64,000 nucleotides of DNA, from the NCBI GenBank assembly GCA_016906335.1, contig JADEYG010000012.1:1-64000 (forward strand). The letters run 5' to 3'. The DNA is from Novakomyces olei. Taxonomy: Eukaryota. Of the stretch, positions 40,606-50,897 are shown in pieces. The notes under the pieces were generated by a model. The model was not told the origin of the DNA, did no database searches, and saw nothing but the letters and a program-made list of their open reading frames with translations. The position numbers were made by a program, and so were the translations under genes. Position 1 is the first letter of the stretch, and each line of letters opens with the position of its first letter.

Positions 40606-41616
40606 ATGGAAGGTGTCGACATGAATCGTCTGAACCAATTTGTTGAGGAAACAACAGCGAAGTTACAGCTACTGGAGCATGAGAACATGATGCTGAAGGT
40701 CAAATTGGAAAACGATCAGGAGAGTCGACATGCGACGTTCAACCGGGAGCCCAAGTTAGCCCCGCCACCTTTGTTTTTTGGCGAGAGAGCTAAGGCTCGT
40801 GAATTTATCACCCAAGTGAAAATGATAACCGACGCACTACCCTCGAGATACGGATCGGACCGCCAGAAGGTCACGTTTGCAGCAACCTATTTGCGAGGAA
40901 CCGCGTTCAGGTGGATTGAGCCTCACATCCTAGGGGAAAACGAAGGAATACTCAACGATTTTGAGACGTTTTGTGATTCATTCCTACAGATGTTTGGTGA
41001 TCGAGATATTAGAAAGCAGGCGCAGAAGCAAATTCGCAATCTGAAGCAGTCTGGAGCTGTTGCTCAGTACGCAGCCGAGTTTGACAGACTCAGAGCGAAC
41101 TTTAGCTGGAACGAAGAAGCGTTGATTTCGCAGTACTACGAGGGCCTTAGCGACAGGCTTAAGGACGAATTGGCAAGAACGACAGAGCCTAGTACCTTGC
41201 GAGAGATGATCGAGATGACGATCAGTATTGATAATCGTCTATTTGAGAGACGTAAAGAGAGACAGAGAACAAGTTACGAACCGAGAACGTATTATGAGCC
41301 GAGATTTACGGGCAGAAGTAACCAGACGACTGCACCGATGGAAATTGATTTGGCGGTTGCCGGTGCCAGAGGAGCAGGCAGACCCGCAAGAGAGTACAAG
41401 ACGAATGACAGAGAGCACAAGACGAATTACAGAGACGCGAGAGACGCGAGAGAAAGAGAGAGAAGTCACGACAACAGAAACGTACAGTGTTATAATTGCC
41501 AGAAGAAAGGGCATATTGCAAAAGAGTGCAAAGAAAAGAGAATTCCGTTTGTAAGCCGTCAAGCTGCAATGACGACGAACGAGTTGAGCGACGACTCGGG
41601 AAAAGATTTCGCCTAG
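40606..41616 (+). CDS. gag: Element B Gag with CCHC zinc knuckle
   Basis: KVTFAATYLRGTAFRW, LKQSGAVAQY, PMEID, CYNCQKKGHIAKEC. Confidence 0.95.
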   Translation: MEGVDMNRLNQFVEETTAKLQLLEHENMMLKVKLENDQESRHATFNREPKLAPPPLFFGERAKAREFITQVKMITDALPSRYGSDRQKVTFAATYLRGTAFRWIEPHILGENEGILNDFETFCDSFLQMFGDRDIRKQAQKQIRNLKQSGAVAQYAAEFDRLRANFSWNEEALISQYYEGLSDRLKDELARTTEPSTLREMIEMTISIDNRLFERRKERQRTSYEPRTYYEPRFTGRSNQTTAPMEIDLAVAGARGAGRPAREYKTNDREHKTNYRDARDARERERSHDNRNVQCYNCQKKGHIAKECKEKRIPFVSRQAAMTTNELSDDSGKDFA

Positions 41617-44600
41617 AGAAAGAAGTGGTTTCTCTAGGACAAGCTGAATTAAAAGCCACTGAAAGACGACGAGATACTGGAGTGAGACATTTGGAGACGG
41701 ACGTCCAAATAAATGGGCTTAGACGAAAAGCTTTAGTGGATTCAGGAGCGAACCTAAATTTCATACACCCGCGATTAATATTGAATTTGAATCTAAAGAC
41801 AGAAAGACTTCAGAGACCAATTGTGATACAGGTTGTCGATGGCCGAAGCCTGGCATCAGGACCCGTGGCGAGAACTACGAAGATTATGGACATGAAGATA
41901 GGAAATTGTGTTACACCTACGAGATTTTATGTGGCAGATATTGGCCAGAGAGACATCATTTTGGGTATTCAATGGTTGCAAGAGAACAATCCCATTATTG
42001 ATTGGAAGAATCGTACATTATCATTTGAAGTACAGAATACAGAGCAAGATTATGCAGACGCAACTTGCACGCAGACGAGCGGATTAAAGGCAAGTTTTGC
42101 GGATGAAACACAAGTGCCGCAAGAGAGCGGATTTTTTCCCGAAAAACCGGAAAGCGATAACGTTGGAAAAATCCCCCAAATTCCTACAGAATATGAAGAC
42201 TATCGTGATGTATTCGATGAGAGACGAGCAGACGTATTGCCACCGCATCGAAGCTATGATCATGAAATAATATTGGAAAAGGGATCGAAGGTACCTTTTG
42301 GACCTATCTACAACATATCTGCAGACGAGCAGAGAGAGTTGCTCAAGTATATTGAGGAAAACTTGTATAAGAAATTCATCAGAAAATCGAAGTCACCAGC
42401 AGGAGCACCCATATTGTTTGTGAAAAAGAAGGACGGGAGCTTACGACTCTGCGTGGACTACAGAGCACTAAATGCGATTACAGTCAAGAATCGATATCCT
42501 ATTCCGAGAATTGATGGACTCATCGATAAGTTAAGTGGAAGTCGTATATTTACTAAGATCGATTTGAAAGGCGCTTACAATCTGATACGTATTCGAAATG
42601 GCGACGAGTGGAAAACCGCATTTCGTACAAGATACGGACATTTTGAATACAGAGTGATGCCTTTTGGACTCACTAATGCGCCAGCAACTTTCCAAAACCT
42701 TATGAATGACGTATTCCGAGATATCCTGGATAGATATGTCTTAGTCTATCTGGATGACATCCTCATTTACTCGAGAAATAAAGAGGAACATATACAGCAT
42801 GCCAGAGAAGTGTTTAAGCGATTACGAGCAAGACAGCTGTTCGCAAAGGCAAGCAAATGTGAATTTCACAAGACAAAAGTGGAATTTCTAGGATTTATTA
42901 TATCGACAGAAGGAGTTTCGATGAGCTCGGACAAGACCAAGCCTATTAATGACTGGCCCACACCAAAGAACGTCAAGGACGTACAGTCGTTTCTTGGACT
43001 ATGCAATTATTACAGAAGATTCATTCCTGGATTTTCAAAGATTGTGACACCAATAACAAGTCTATTAAAGAAGGATAATACATTTAGCTGGGAGCAGACC
43101 AAGAGAAGGCTTTTGAACAATTGAAAGACAGCTTTCGAAGAGACGTTACGTTAAAGCATTACGATCCAGAACTCGAGTGCATTGTCGAAACAGATGCCTC
43201 AGATTTCGCTATAGGAGCCGTACTGTTACAAGAACAAGGAGGCGAAAAGAGACCGATTGCTTTTATAAGCAGAAAGCTTGAACCAGCCGAGATCAATTAT
43301 GATATACACGATAAAGAGTTACTTGCGATTGTCTATGCATTCGGAATATGGAGACACTATTTGCAAGGACATCCAAAGCCAATTATTGTATATACTGATC
43401 ATCGGAACTTGCAGACGTTTACTACGACAAAGAAACTATCGAGGAGACAAGCACGTTGGTCGGAACTATTAGGAGAATATGAATTTAAGATTCGATACAG
43501 AAAAGGATCAGGAAACGCAGCAGCAGACGCGTTGAGCAGAAGAGTTGATTTTAATAATGTTGACTTAAAGGAATACCAAATTGATAAGCCGTTGATCGAT
43601 CCAGCAAGATTTGATCTAAGTATGACAACAGTCGAACATATAGATACGGACGAGAAGCTGGAAATATTGCGAGCATGCCATGATCACCCATTAGCAGGAC
43701 ATTTTGGACAACATCGAACGTTAGAACTAGTACAGCGTTTTAAGAAGTGGAAAAATATGTCGCAGGATGTTAGGGATTACGTAGCATCATGTGCGACGTG
43801 CTGGAGAAGCAAGAAATCGAGGAAGAAACCTGCAGGATTATTAAACCCGCTACAAGTACCGTCAAGACCATGGGAATCTGTTTCAATGGATTTTATCGTT
43901 AAACTTCCCGAATCCGAAGGTTTTGATTCAATACTAGTGGTTGTTGACAGATTTTCTAAAATGTGTCATTTAATCCCTTGCAAAGAATCATCCACAGCAA
44001 CGGATGTAGCGAGACTATACATTGACAAGGTATTTAAACACCACGGACTACCAAATGAAATCGTATCAGACAGAGATCCAAAGTTTTTGAGCAAATTTTG
44101 GCAAGGCATGTACCAGAACCTTGGAGTTAAGCTATTGCATTCGACGAGTCACCACCCACAAACAGATGGACAGACTGAGAGAACCAATCAAACACTCGAG
44201 CAATACTTAAGAGCCTATGTCAATTACAACCAAAACAATTGGAGCAAGCTATTGTCTTTTGCGGAATTCGCAATGAACAATGCAACAAACAGCAGTACAA
44301 GACTATCACCGTTTTACATTTGCAACGGTTATCATCCAAAGGGAATACAGATCACAACTTCCCAGAGTGACAATCCAGCAGCAAATCAAACTACACGAGA
44401 CTGGAACGAATTATTTGAACGAGTCAAAAGCAACATTCAATCTGCAAATAAAGTATCAAAGCTACATTATGACAAAAAGAAAACAGCAGCAAATACATTT
44501 GTGCCTGGAGACAACGTGTGGATCCAGAGAAGACACATACACAGCGAGCGACCATCGGATAAACTAGATCATACAAGACTGGGACCTTTCAAAATTATTG

Positions 44601-44923
44601 AGGCTATAGGAAATAGCGCTTACAGGATTGAGCTTCCCCAACATATCAAAATACACAACGTATTTAATGAAACTTTACTGGAAAAATGTTTACCAGACCG
44701 ATTTCAGAGAGACCCAACAGATGTACACGTTCCCGATGTTCTAGTGGACACGACTGAATACGAAGTCGATTACATTTGCAATCATACAGGCAGAGGCCGA
44801 AACCGCAAATATTTAGTGCATTGGAAAGGTTATGGAGTACAAGACCGTACATGGGAACCTTTTGGAAACCTGACAAATGCAACAGAGGCAGTTAAAGCAT
44901 ACTGGAATAACCAAAAACATTGA
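41598..44923 (+). CDS. pol: Element B Pol (protease-RT-RNaseH-integrase-chromodomain) via -1 frameshift; one apparent 1-nt frameshift at ~43092
   Basis: LVDSGA, YLDDILI, ETDASD, HDH...GHFG...CATC, SDRD, DGQTER, YEVDYI...YLVHWKGY...TWEP. Confidence 0.94.
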
Positions 44924-45174
44924 ATCCGCAATATCAACACATAATCCGCTAAGATACGGATCAGATATATCTATATTATTGCTTTTATTGTTATTCTATG
45001 CTACGACTATTACTTAATAAAATAATTAAGTATATACTATTATTATCATTATTATTTTTATGGAACGTCAAAGAATTATTACTTGTCGAAGTCAAGTATA
45101 ACGAAGTCTATATATATGTGGGCTACCCCCACCAAATCCGCAACTTAGACATCAAATCCGCAAATTTACGGACA

Positions 45175-46230
45175 ATGAACAATAACGTTCTTGAAGAGGG
45201 GAGGCAGCGCAAGCGATACGCGCTGGACAGCGGTAAGTTCCAATGTGTTGTGTGCACTCGACAGTACACCCGAAAGCACGACCGCGACCGTCACATGGAG
45301 ATGCACGACCCTGATCTGGTTGGCTGGGCCGAAGAGTGGTTTAAGGAGGAAGACCGACCGAACAAACAGTTGGCGAGAGACATTTTTACTCTGCTCGCAT
45401 CGGTTGATTTCGAAAAGCTCAAGCCCCATAGCGAAAGGTTTGTTTTCGATTGCAAGCCAACATGGGCACATGTCTTCGAGGACCTTTTGGAGGATGAGAC
45501 AGCTTTGTTTATGGACATACGGGTTCGCGTGCATGATGACGAAATACGAATCGCCCAGGTCCTCGCATCATTCGTCCAGCCGGGGACTACGAGATACGCA
45601 GCCTACAATTTGAGGCCGATCAGCGAATACGGTTTATCGTCAGTGGGCCTTCGCGCGCAAGGATTGTTGAAGGAAAGTTATTTGAATGAACTTGGATGGA
45701 ACGGGACTGCCACACCGTCGGGCACAATCACGGACGTTCACGTGGATCCGGTTCTGTGCGAAACCGTCATTGTGGGAATTCTTGGGAGAAAGCTGGTCTT
45801 TACGTGGGCCAATTCAGAGGCCAATTTACAGAAGTTGGAGCCCTATCATCGCAGGCCAGGAGACTTTATATTACCTGAAGCTCTTCGCAGCCTCGAAGGG
45901 TTAAAGATTGGAGTACTAGAGCCGGGAGTTATTTTTCGATTAAGGTCTGGGACACCACATGCGGTGATGTCTTTTGAGAAAGCAGTCTTGATGGGTTACT
46001 ATATTGCTAGCGAAGACCAGGCTTTATACCGAGTGGCAAAGTGGGAATCGTCGTGGGCTAGTACACAGTTCCCAACTATTCGAGACGAGGTAAAGGAAGA
46101 TCACGAACGTTGCTTGATGGCATATCGTGATTGGGCAGGAGAAGACAGCAGGAGACAAGGCTGGTACAAAAAGGCACAGGCGGCAGTGTCTACGTTTTTG
46201 GAAGAGGAGGATAGTGTCATATCAATATGA
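45175..46230 (+). CDS. Element B ORF3: C2H2 zinc finger + JmjC-like Fe(II)/2-oxoglutarate oxygenase (351 aa from ATG 45175; frame open from 44998)
   Basis: FQCVVCTRQYTRKHDRDRHMEMH (C-x2-C-x12-H-x3-H) and ITDVHVD...GRK...LEPG..F.LRSGTPHAV. A TATATATA lies at 45109-45116. Confidence 0.8.
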   Translation: MNNNVLEEGRQRKRYALDSGKFQCVVCTRQYTRKHDRDRHMEMHDPDLVGWAEEWFKEEDRPNKQLARDIFTLLASVDFEKLKPHSERFVFDCKPTWAHVFEDLLEDETALFMDIRVRVHDDEIRIAQVLASFVQPGTTRYAAYNLRPISEYGLSSVGLRAQGLLKESYLNELGWNGTATPSGTITDVHVDPVLCETVIVGILGRKLVFTWANSEANLQKLEPYHRRPGDFILPEALRSLEGLKIGVLEPGVIFRLRSGTPHAVMSFEKAVLMGYYIASEDQALYRVAKWESSWASTQFPTIRDEVKEDHERCLMAYRDWAGEDSRRQGWYKKAQAAVSTFLEEEDSVISI

Positions 46231-47011
46231 CATAATTCCGTTTTCATCGGAGATAATCCGTTCGATTGCGGATTATTTCCAATTCCGGAATTTTAGTTAG
46301 CCACTTTGTGGCTTAGACAGTCTTTTCCGTAGTTGTTTCTATTTTTAGTTATAGTTAGTTAGTTCCAGCAAGGATAAAAGGAGGCCCGTTCGCACTTTTA
46401 TCCGACGCTGATTATCGACCGTGTCGACCGTGTTGACCGTGTAAACCGTTTTAAGTACTATTACCTTCCATTTGGCTTCCCACCACAGTTGCCGTGAAAG
46501 CAACACAGCCGTACCCAAACCAAACAAAGAAAAACACAACATTAAGGGTAGATTTAATTAATCTAAAAGTTATAACAGTGAGTAATTTCCACAATTATAA
46601 CACTCTTAGTTCCTGTTCGAGATAAATTTTGAGTTATTTTATAATTAGTGAGAAGTTGGTACGTAGTCCGTTAAGGATATAAAGGGGCTTCTTTCCTTGA
46701 TAACTTTACGGTTAATCAACTTTGTTGGAAGAGATAGGTTCCATTTGGAGTTCCCTGCTGTAGCCAGCCGCGTACGACTGGCAGAAGCTTATAGTAATAA
46801 AAGCGGCTATTACTACGAGCAGCTAAGAGTTCTACATACCCAAGCAAGCGTGCTGGGTCGCAACATAAAAGGAGGCTTGGTGTCAAGGTCCCCGCCTCGC
46901 GCGCACCACGACAGCGAACGACGCCTGAAGCCCTGTAGCGCCAAGGGCGATGACTTCAGGCTAAATAGCTTGCGCGAGGCAATGTCGGACATTACTCGCG
47001 CGATGCCCGTA

Positions 47012-47302
47012 TGTTAAGGGGTGACTAAATAAGAAATTATCTTAAGCCGGCCAAGATCACACGTTGGCCTTGACAGGGACTAACAAAGGATACGCAGATA
47101 GAGGAACTAATCTCAAGACACTTATATTAAGCGGACCCTTGGTTGTTGTAAGGCCCCGAACCCAGTAGAAGAATACCTCTTCTTATACTTGGGCTCGGCT
47201 CGTTACTAGCCAAAGATTCCACTTTACGAAACTATTAAAGTAACTAACTTATTGCAGAAGTGCTAGAGTCTGCAATTCAAGCGCTACTTTAAGCACCTTC
47301 CT
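47012..47302. mobile_element. Partial LTR family E (inverted relative to 58724-59017)
   Basis: Diverged reverse-complement match, e.g. GGCCAAGATCACACGTTGGCCTTGACAGG. Confidence 0.8.
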
Positions 47303-47769
47303 TGTCATAGGCATGACATCGATTAGCGTTTTCCAACGCTAATAGAGTTCAGTTGCGGTATTTCCGTTAACTTGAGCTCACGGTTCGTAGAAAGTTCTAT
47401 AGTGTTATATAGTACTTGTTAGTTTAGTTAGTAGTCAAGTCTATAAATAGGCCCTTCAACGCCGCCTATTGAGACTTGACGGTTATTGAAGTTACTGAAG
47501 TTTTACAGTTACGAGTTTAATTGAGTTATGTCTATTTGCTTTCTCCCACTCTGACTCCCTGCCACGGCCATCTTGTTACTGGCTAAACCTATCCAGACTT
47601 ACACAGCACAGAACTGTGACCCATAACAAGTCGTAACACAAAATTAAAGTTAAAGAAAACAAATTAACGAATGTAAAAGCGCTATCTTCAGCGCTAGCTA
47701 GCGCCTCATATAGCGCACCGTAACACAAGCGATAGCTACCATCGATACTCAGCGTCAGGAGCAGCTGAG

Positions 47770-48275
47770 TGTCATGAAATGACATAGTGCAGCAGTTGGC
47801 GTTGTCGACGCTGCCTGCTGATAGTTCGTTGTTCGAACTTTCGTTTTTCTTTTATAGTGTAAGAGTCTTTATTAGAGGCTTGAGCACTAAGTTCGTAGAT
47901 TTTTGTTAGTTTAGTATTTTAGTGTGCATGACTCCTTTAGAGTCCTATGCACTATATTGTTTCAGCTGACTTATACTCAACTATAAGGAGGCTTAATTAG
48001 TTTAGGATCACGCAATAGTGGCGTGATCGGAAGGACTATATATAGAGGGCTCAACTCCTCTTAGTCCTTTGTGCGATATAATATTTACAATTCAGTTTAA
48101 TCTACGGAATAACACTATTTCATTAATGTGAGTTTGGGACCACTAAGTTTTCCTGGCGACCCCCTGCTGGAAGGTCAGCGTGCTTACTGACCGCAGAGGC
48201 ACTGAACCGGACACAGAGGTTGTGTCAAGCCCGGAAAGGAGGATTTCCAACGTCAACCGTCCCCCTTTCTTAACA
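47770..48275 (+). mobile_element. Solo LTR family I (506 bp)
   Basis: TGTCA...TAACA with TSD CTGAG (47765-47769 / 48276-48280). Confidence 0.88.
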
Positions 48276-48280
48276 CTGAG

Positions 48281-49140
48281 CAGCTATATTTTTAGGGAAT
48301 TCACTTGCACACTGGAAATCAACAAAGAAAAGCGTTATAGCAAATTCATTTTGCAAAGCAGAATGTATAAGTGCTCACACTGCAACAAAAATTGGACTGA
48401 CCATACACGGTTCAATAAATAAAATATTGTATAGGCGAATGTCAAGCTTGGGCGTCACAGAAAGAGAACAGGAAGGCTGGCTACAGAAAAGAGGAGGAAA
48501 GGCTGGAATAGCTGGAATAGCCAAAATGACTGGAGTGGCTGGATGGAGTGGCTAGAACTGAGTACAAGAGGCTTGCGCTACCAAAGTGTAACTCGGTGGC
48601 TGGAACTAAAGAAACTATATAGTACAGCGTTAGTAGACTTAGAAAAGTTACTAAATGGAGATACAATAATTTTCTCTGCAACAAGCCAACTATAAGTTTC
48701 TACATATTGGACACCAACAAGTAGATTGAAGTATATTGTGATAGTCAGAGCACAATTTTACAAGCTCATGAAAGAAGCCCGATGAGGAAACTAATGCATC
48801 TTGACTTGAAATGCTTGCGATTACGCAAACTCACAAAAACTGAGCAGATTATTATGAAGTACATCAAAACGGCAGAACAAGTTGCGGACATTTTGACAAA
48901 AACTCTTGGAAAAAATAGTCTTGCCTATTTGCGGGACAAATTAAATTCAAAGGTAAAAAGGTGAAGAAAAAAAACGAATTAGGTTGAGAGGGAGTGCTGT
49001 AGTGTGTTTTATGATTGGCTGCCAACCTACTAAAATTTCAGACATTCTCAAGCCACCCTGATGAATACTTCTAAGCCACAGTGAGTCAAACGTCTATGAA
49101 TAGAGTAGTCGAACAACATATTGATTAACAATATAAACTT
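48281..49140 (+). pseudogene. Degenerate Ty1/copia family G RNase H fragment + PPT + 3' LTR, interrupted by solo LTR F
   Basis: MRKLMHLDLK...EQVADILTK, then GAGAGGGAG PPT and a diverged LTR G. Confidence 0.8.
48430..48704 (+). mobile_element. Solo LTR, copia family F
   Basis: TATAGG...CTACA with TSD TATTG (48425-48429 / 48705-48709). Confidence 0.88.
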
Positions 49141-50897
49141 GTAATATTATTATATTATACATTATTAATTTTATATAAACATATATATATATATTGACAT
49201 ATATCTATTAAAAATAAAAGATATGAATAATTTACTTTAATGTAACTTATAATTATTCTATATTGTGTTAGGTGAAAAACATTATAAATGTTAACTTACA
49301 GCGGGTACAAAATGGTAATTATCTATTTTTTTTCTTGGTAATATTATTTAAGATCTATAATATTTACACCATCGAAAAGCTATTGGTTTTTTTAATATAA
49401 TATTATAAAATATTATAGTATTTTGATAATTATTATTATAATTATTAGTTATCATATATATATATATATAATTATAGTACTTAATAGATACGACTTAGAT
49501 AGATAAAAAAAAAATTGTCTAAAAATTGATAAGATAGATATGTTTTCTAAATGTATATTAAGATTCCGGTGCAAATAATAAAAACATTTATTTACTTTGC
49601 ACCATAAATATAGTTAAAATTTAAAGTATTATATACATATATTTTATTTATTATAATATATGTAATTATATAATCATTATTGTTGAGAAGTTGACTCTAT
49701 ATAACCTATATTTAACTCTATTATTTGAAATAATCACTGTCTTTACATGAATAATTCTCTTTTTAATTTACTTCCTGAAATCTCCTCTAATTTCTACATT
49801 CTGTCTTTAACAGATCTATTATTGAATGATATAAATATATCCCTGACAGCGCCTCTGAGCCTTGGGGGACCTTTAGCATTCTTTTCTACAGTCATATAGT
49901 TAATATCAACCGTTCGAACTTCAACATAACTTCTAATAATTCAACAATTATATTATAGTTAATTATACATTTCTATTAAATGATAATGATATATATACCT
50001 CATATTTAGCATATATATACCTTATGTTTAGTATATATATACTATTATATATTATTAATAAAGTATAATAATATAAGTATTACATAGAAAATAATAAAAT
50101 AAATATAAAGCTATATTAAGATTAAGATTAATAAAAAGTAAATATATATTTATAAATCTAAAGTGAAAAGATAAATTTGTTTGCTTCAGCAATGTAAAAC
50201 AAACGGCCTTTTTGATTTCCTGGAGAACCCAAATAAACACAATATTTTTCATTTGTCTAATTTATGCAATCCCTGCATAAATTTGACTTGAGCCAGGCTA
50301 ACAATAAGCAATTTCATCTTTACTCGTATAACATTGATTCCCAAAATCTTCGATGGGCGCGTTTCTCATTGTTCTCACAGGACTCTGATTTCTCAAATAA
50401 ATTTTATATTTCGCCGCTTCTTCCCAAAGTAAACGCACTACAACATCCAAATCAAACAGTAGTTCGTAGAAGGTTTTTTTTTCTAAACTGTGTTTTGAGA
50501 AATAAGCAATATTCAGAAATTTTATTAAGAGCTTCGCTCTTATTTTCTATCAAAATTACCAAAGTTTACCGTTAAATATCTTCGGCGCATCGCCAGTCGT
50601 TCTAGAAAATATTTTTTTTTCGCTAAAGTCTTGTAGAATCAATGGATTGAAAAGATAAATTTTAACAACGTTCGGTAAAATTAGTTTGTTACCCAGATCA
50701 TGATTATGTTGTAATTTTGATTTTTCAATGCCTTCAATTTGAGAAATAGATTTTATTATTGTTCGAATTTTCGTATTAAGACTTTTGAGTTTTTGAAGAA
50801 GAATTTAATAAACAAATATGATTTAAAGTACCTATATTTTTAATTCACTATGTAGATTTTTATGACATTGTGGAAGCATCTAGTCGCAAGATAGATT

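Larger units (their letters stand above)
33605..46541 (+). mobile_element. Full-length Ty3/gypsy chromovirus B with extra ORF3; 327-bp LTRs (5' LTR split 33605-33647 + 40284-40567; 3' LTR 46215-46541)
   Basis: TSD TTAAG (33600-33604 / 46542-46546), LTRs identical by eye, PPT GGAAGAGGAGGA at 46200-46211, and gag, pol and chromodomain present. Confidence 0.96.
32892..46602 (+). mobile_element. Solo LTR family C (360 bp) split into 32892-33154, 33564-33604 and 46547-46602 by nested insertions
   Basis: TG...CA ends and TSD CTCTT (32887-32891 / 46603-46607). The pieces sum to 360 bp and match the intact inverted copy at 58359-58718. Confidence 0.9.

Noticed and set aside
37640-43124. Extra frameshifts in pol of A (~37650, ~38128, ~38757) and B (~43092) as recoding or inactivation
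   Set aside because: Each can be fixed by a 1-nt change in a short base run while the LTRs look identical. They are more likely consensus errors or very recent indels, and raw reads are needed.
44998-45174. Hydrophobic N-terminal extension suggesting ORF3 is env-like
   Set aside because: It derives from low-complexity AT-rich spacer upstream of the TATA box. The rest of the ORF has no TM segment and shows ZnF/JmjC motifs.
33605-46541. RIP-type hypermutation of repeats
   Set aside because: LTR pairs look identical and the ORFs are free of nonsense codons, so there is no visible RIP in the young elements.
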